Assembly (NCBI GenBank): GCA_973895155.1 | Contig: OZ316897.1 | Span: 2,805,416-2,869,415, forward strand | Reading direction: 5' to 3' | Source of the DNA: Marsupella aquatica | Lineage: Eukaryota > Plantae > Marchantiophyta | Length of the DNA: 64,000 bases | Part shown: piece by piece, positions 60,101 to 64,000 of the stretch | Layout: every line of letters begins with the position of its first letter | How positions within the stretch are numbered: the stretch's first letter is position 1 | Made by a program: the position numbers and the translations under genes | Notes under the pieces: generated by a model | The model's database searches: none | Told to the model about the DNA's origin: nothing | What the model saw: only the letters and a program-made list of their open reading frames with translations

Positions 60101-63082
60101 CGTTGAATCGTACCTCTGATAATTGGGTTAGATGCATCGGTGGTCCAGGTTGAAGGTCGTCAGCTTGACAAGTTGGAACTTCATCCCACGGAACAGATGT
60201 TTTCAGGGACAACACCTTCTTCCTGGCGAAGAACGGATGCGGTGCCCTCCCAGCATTCAAGCGGGCGATTTCCTAGCAAAGGCGTCAGAATGTCAGCCTC
60301 TGCATCAATAACAACCAAACTTCCCGAAAAGCTGCAAAAGATAAATCTTGTGCCCAATCTAGAGACGGAATCTAAGGCTGAATGAAAAAACCGAAGCTAT
60401 GTCCCATCTTGGAGCAGTAGGAGCTCGGCGTGTTAAATTGGAAACTAAACGCTCAGGATGGCTTAAGTCTTGTAGTACCAGGAACAATTATGATAAGCTG
60501 CTGTTCGTGCAGATCCTCTAAATGAGAAACGCTTCGGCTAAACGGTGATCAGGCTCAAGCATTCGCCTACCTGGGCCGCTAAGACTGCCTCTACACGAAG
60601 ATCATGCTCTTCACGGACGATTGTAGTGCAAGGGATAGACGAAGCGGTCTCCTTTGAAGGAAGTCCTGTTGCTACAGATACGTTTTCCTTTCCCAACAGA
60701 GTCTGCAGCATAGGGACATCGTGCACGCTCTCAACTGCACGTTTTTCTGCTTGGCCATACTTCTGTGCTGTAGGCTTAGGTGGGACTTTCCCTGTCACGT
60801 CCGACTTCTTGTCAACAAGTTCTTCCTTGCGCTTTCGCCGCTTTGAAACAGGCACAAAAAAATCTGTTCCAAACAAGGAAAAGATTAGATGACTTACAAA
60901 GTGATTTCCCACTGGAACCAGACAAGGAGAACCAATCATGGATGAAGAAGAAGAGAAATGAACAAGGCTCAAGAGGAAGATCTAGAGACTCGACATCACG
61001 ATGGAGCACCCCCTGCAAGTTTAGGATTTAAAGTTTAGAAGTATCATGTAGTCTATAGTGGTTGAGAGAAGTTACCATCACGAGTTACTTGAGAAAGATG
61101 ATGATCTTGTGAGCCAGAACCGGGAGCAACTTGCTTTCCTTCCGGATCCTGGGTTTCCTGTCCTTGATTTTCTCTGTCATTCTGCATCAAGGATGTCCCG
61201 GCTGCCTGAGCATCGCCTACAATCTGTGGCTCGTTTACCTTCTGTGCTGCAACCACAGCTTGAGATACCCGAATTTCATGGGCTGATGGCCCCGAAAATA
61301 TCTGAGTACCTTCTAAGGATCCGGAGCTTCTAGCAACATCTTCCCGTTCTATCATTGACCTTGTCCTTGGCCTCCCTTGCTTCAAGTTAATGCTATCCTG
61401 GAAAATTCCTGGGGTTGTAACACTCTGTGGACCGTCCAGCGAGGTCTCTGTAGATTTTCCTCTCCTTGGCCTGAGGATATCATCTGCTACTCCCGAGGAT
61501 GATCCATTTAATGCGTTTCCCTCGGATTCAAGTGACGATTTTCTTGGCCTACCTCTCTTCTTCACTCCCTCCTCTGCTCGAATTGGAGTTATCTCTAGTG
61601 TAGAGGCCTCATCTCTCGACAACTCCTTATCAGACCTATCTCGTTTTGAAACGGGCACAAAAAAATCGGAACCGTAATCTTCTGTCAACTTTACTCGGAG
61701 TTTTCCACCGTTTACAGCACCATCTTCAGCAACCATTACTGGTGCTGGACTGAGAATCGCATCAATTGAACTGATCTTCTTCGGCTTCTCTTTGGCTGAT
61801 AATGGTACGAAGAAATCCCTGCTGCCATCTTCCATAGAAGTTTTTCTTGGTCTACCTCTCTTTTTCTTGGCTACATCTTCCACAGAAGGTGGAGGTGCTA
61901 GATTAGGCTCTTCCCCCAACTTCTTTGATGGTTTTTCTCGTTGTGACACTGGCACAAAGAAATCTGCAAAGCATTTGAATTCGTTAATGGTCAAACGTAC
62001 ATAACTGGATCTCTAGTAAACCATTAAAATCATCATTTCTGAGCTAAGCAAGCGATCTCTACCTTTCAGTGGCTGTGATGTACGATGTCCAAGAGCTACG
62101 GTGTCGTTGTCACCGTTGTGTTTCACATCTGTTGGAACCATCATGGAGGCATTGGCATCGCCGGCAACGGCATTTTCAATCTCCATCGCATTGCACATTC
62201 TGTTTACGTGTAGCTCTGCGATACAATGCATGACTTCGTTGGTTGACGAATTGCAGACATTAGGAACAATATGAGAGCTTTCCAAGCATTCAGAAGTCTT
62301 CACGATTTCTGGAAGAGACTGATTCACTCTGCTATAGTGTCCCATCAGTAGGTTTTCCTGACCTCTGTTATTCTTCCCCATCCTTCTGGTTAGCTGGTAT
62401 CAATAGTTAGACTTAGCAATAACCTACCTCTGTTATTATACTTTCCCATTCCCTCACCCAAAACAGGTTTTAACAGGCACGTCCCGAAGTTACAAAGATC
62501 TCCGAGGCTGGAATGGTTCTACTTGGGACGAGTTTGTTGCTGTGTGGAAGCGGGTTGGGTGTAGGACAGAACGAACTTCAAAGACTGAAAGAAAGAGATC
62601 GGAAAATATATAAACGTCGTTCGAATGTCTAGAGAAAAGAATGACAACCGTGGTTGTACGAGGAATCCTACCAAGAAATTATGATTGTTGTGAGTAAATT
62701 ACAGTACCGGGCATTCTAGGACCAGGTTCGGGATAACTACAGAGCATTCAAAGTAACCTCACCATCTGGCAGATTCCGCGACAGTCTCAGAGCTGTCTGT
62801 TGCCTTTATAGTAGTTATAAAGGAGAACACATCAGCCCTTACAGTCTTTCCCAGCTCGAATCCCTGCTGAAGCTTTAACCACTACGTTTCATGGATTTCG
62901 GAGCACATCCTACAAACGACAGAACCCTAAATATACCGAACCCAGCAAGGACTCACCTTTATACCGAGCTCCAAATCTCCGCTGAATTTCGTCGGCATTC
63001 GAAGCCTAAGACGTCGGCTGGTCAGAGAAGTCTCGTAAGCTAGCTCTGCAGACGAATCAGCAAAGAAATGCGGACGGGTCAT
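54137..63082 (-). CDS. ATAD5: ATAD5/ELG1-like RFC1-family AAA+ ATPase (PCNA unloader large subunit)
   Basis: Minus-strand exons include 61963-61076, 60863-60571, 60272-60114, 59130-58980, 58735-58511, 57984-57925, 57698-57326, 57127-57036, 56832-55279, 55168-54849 and 54494-54137. Further exons at about 59.4-60.0 kb and 62.0-63.1 kb, and the start codon (63082 is tentative), are less certain. Motifs: LWTDLYQPRSSKEVCGN, Walker A LLVTGPEGCGKSAAVYACA, VIEVNASDCRNG, Walker B ILFEDVD, TTKRPIILTSN, CHYDLRKVMMALQFW. Confidence 0.88.
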
Positions 63083-64000
63083 GGAGTCCCCTGAAGCGAC
63101 CCTGGAAGGCAACCGTCGTAAAATTCAAGAATTGTGGCAGACTGCACGGATCCCCATAGCTGTCCCTCAACGCTACTCCATCCACAACCTCGAGGAAAAC
63201 CCTCCCGTTCCCAGCTGCTGCTGCTGCCGGATGGAGTACCATCCTCCTCCCAACGCCTTATTTCACGCAGCAATCGTCTTCATCAACATCGCCATTACAG
63301 ATCCGTCCACTGGCAAGACTTTGTACGCTTCAATAGTAATACAAATTAGGTCTCCTCCGCCTACAAGTATTCGTCAGCTTGCTTTGTCTGGAGTCTGGAC
63401 CTCCCGCGACCGAGCGACGACCGCACCACGCGAAAGCATTCCGAGCCCGACGTAAGATAACATTAAATGAGGGCAATTGCGAATCGGACTTAAGCAACAA
63501 AAGCAATCAAGCGACTAATAAGTCAAGTTCCCTGCACCGATACACCACACCGCCCGTTGCGATCAGCAACGCCAGAGCTGGAATCATGCCCGTCGCTCGC
63601 GCATATCGAACTTCACGGAGTGTGTAGTACTCAGGCAGCTGCAATTGCCGTCGAATGAATCGATAATACTCTCGGCAAGAATCATTTAGCAGACCGAACG
63701 GAGCTTCCGCCAAGTACAGATTTAGCAAACCACATGATATCACCGAGGCAGAGGAAAGGGAATTCGGGCAATGTCTTTGGGTGCTTCAAAGTTAATCTCG
63801 ATGACACACAGTAGTAGTTCAAGTACCATAGCTCCGAATCCCACGGAGAGAGAGCATCACACAGAGAACAAATCGAGGTTGGAAATTGCATCAGGACAAC
63901 CATTTCAAATTTCAAATGCCGGCCGAGTGATAGGGGATTTGAACTGCCGTTAGGTTCGGGTTTTCGCTCGGCCTACGTTCGGCTTGCCGCCGGCGTACCG

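Overview
Eukaryotic, intron-rich nuclear DNA from an early-diverging land plant. The gene set and intron style suggest a bryophyte, plausibly a liverwort, but that assignment is inference. Six spliced host genes can be reconstructed by hand: a very long U2AF65-like RS/RRM splicing factor (+), a TRAF-type zinc-finger protein with a C-terminal membrane anchor (-), the chloroplast lipid-import ABC ATPase TGD3 (+), an uncharacterised TPR/helical-repeat protein (+), a group-Ia (SPCH/MUTE/FAMA-type) bHLH-ACT transcription factor (+) and an ATAD5/ELG1-type RFC-like AAA+ ATPase (-). The intergenic space holds a Mutator-type non-autonomous element with intact TIRs and a 10-bp TSD, Ty1/copia fragments, a possible tRNA-derived SINE, several tandem arrays and perfect hairpins. 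The most notable find is a degraded, intron-containing tyrosine-recombinase gene of the Crypton/DUF3504 type at about 51.3-52.3 kb; to my knowledge Cryptons are classically described from fungi, animals and stramenopiles rather than land plants. No CRISPR array, rRNA or intact tRNA was seen. Exon coordinates were derived by eye from GT-AG sites and reading frame, without transcript data.
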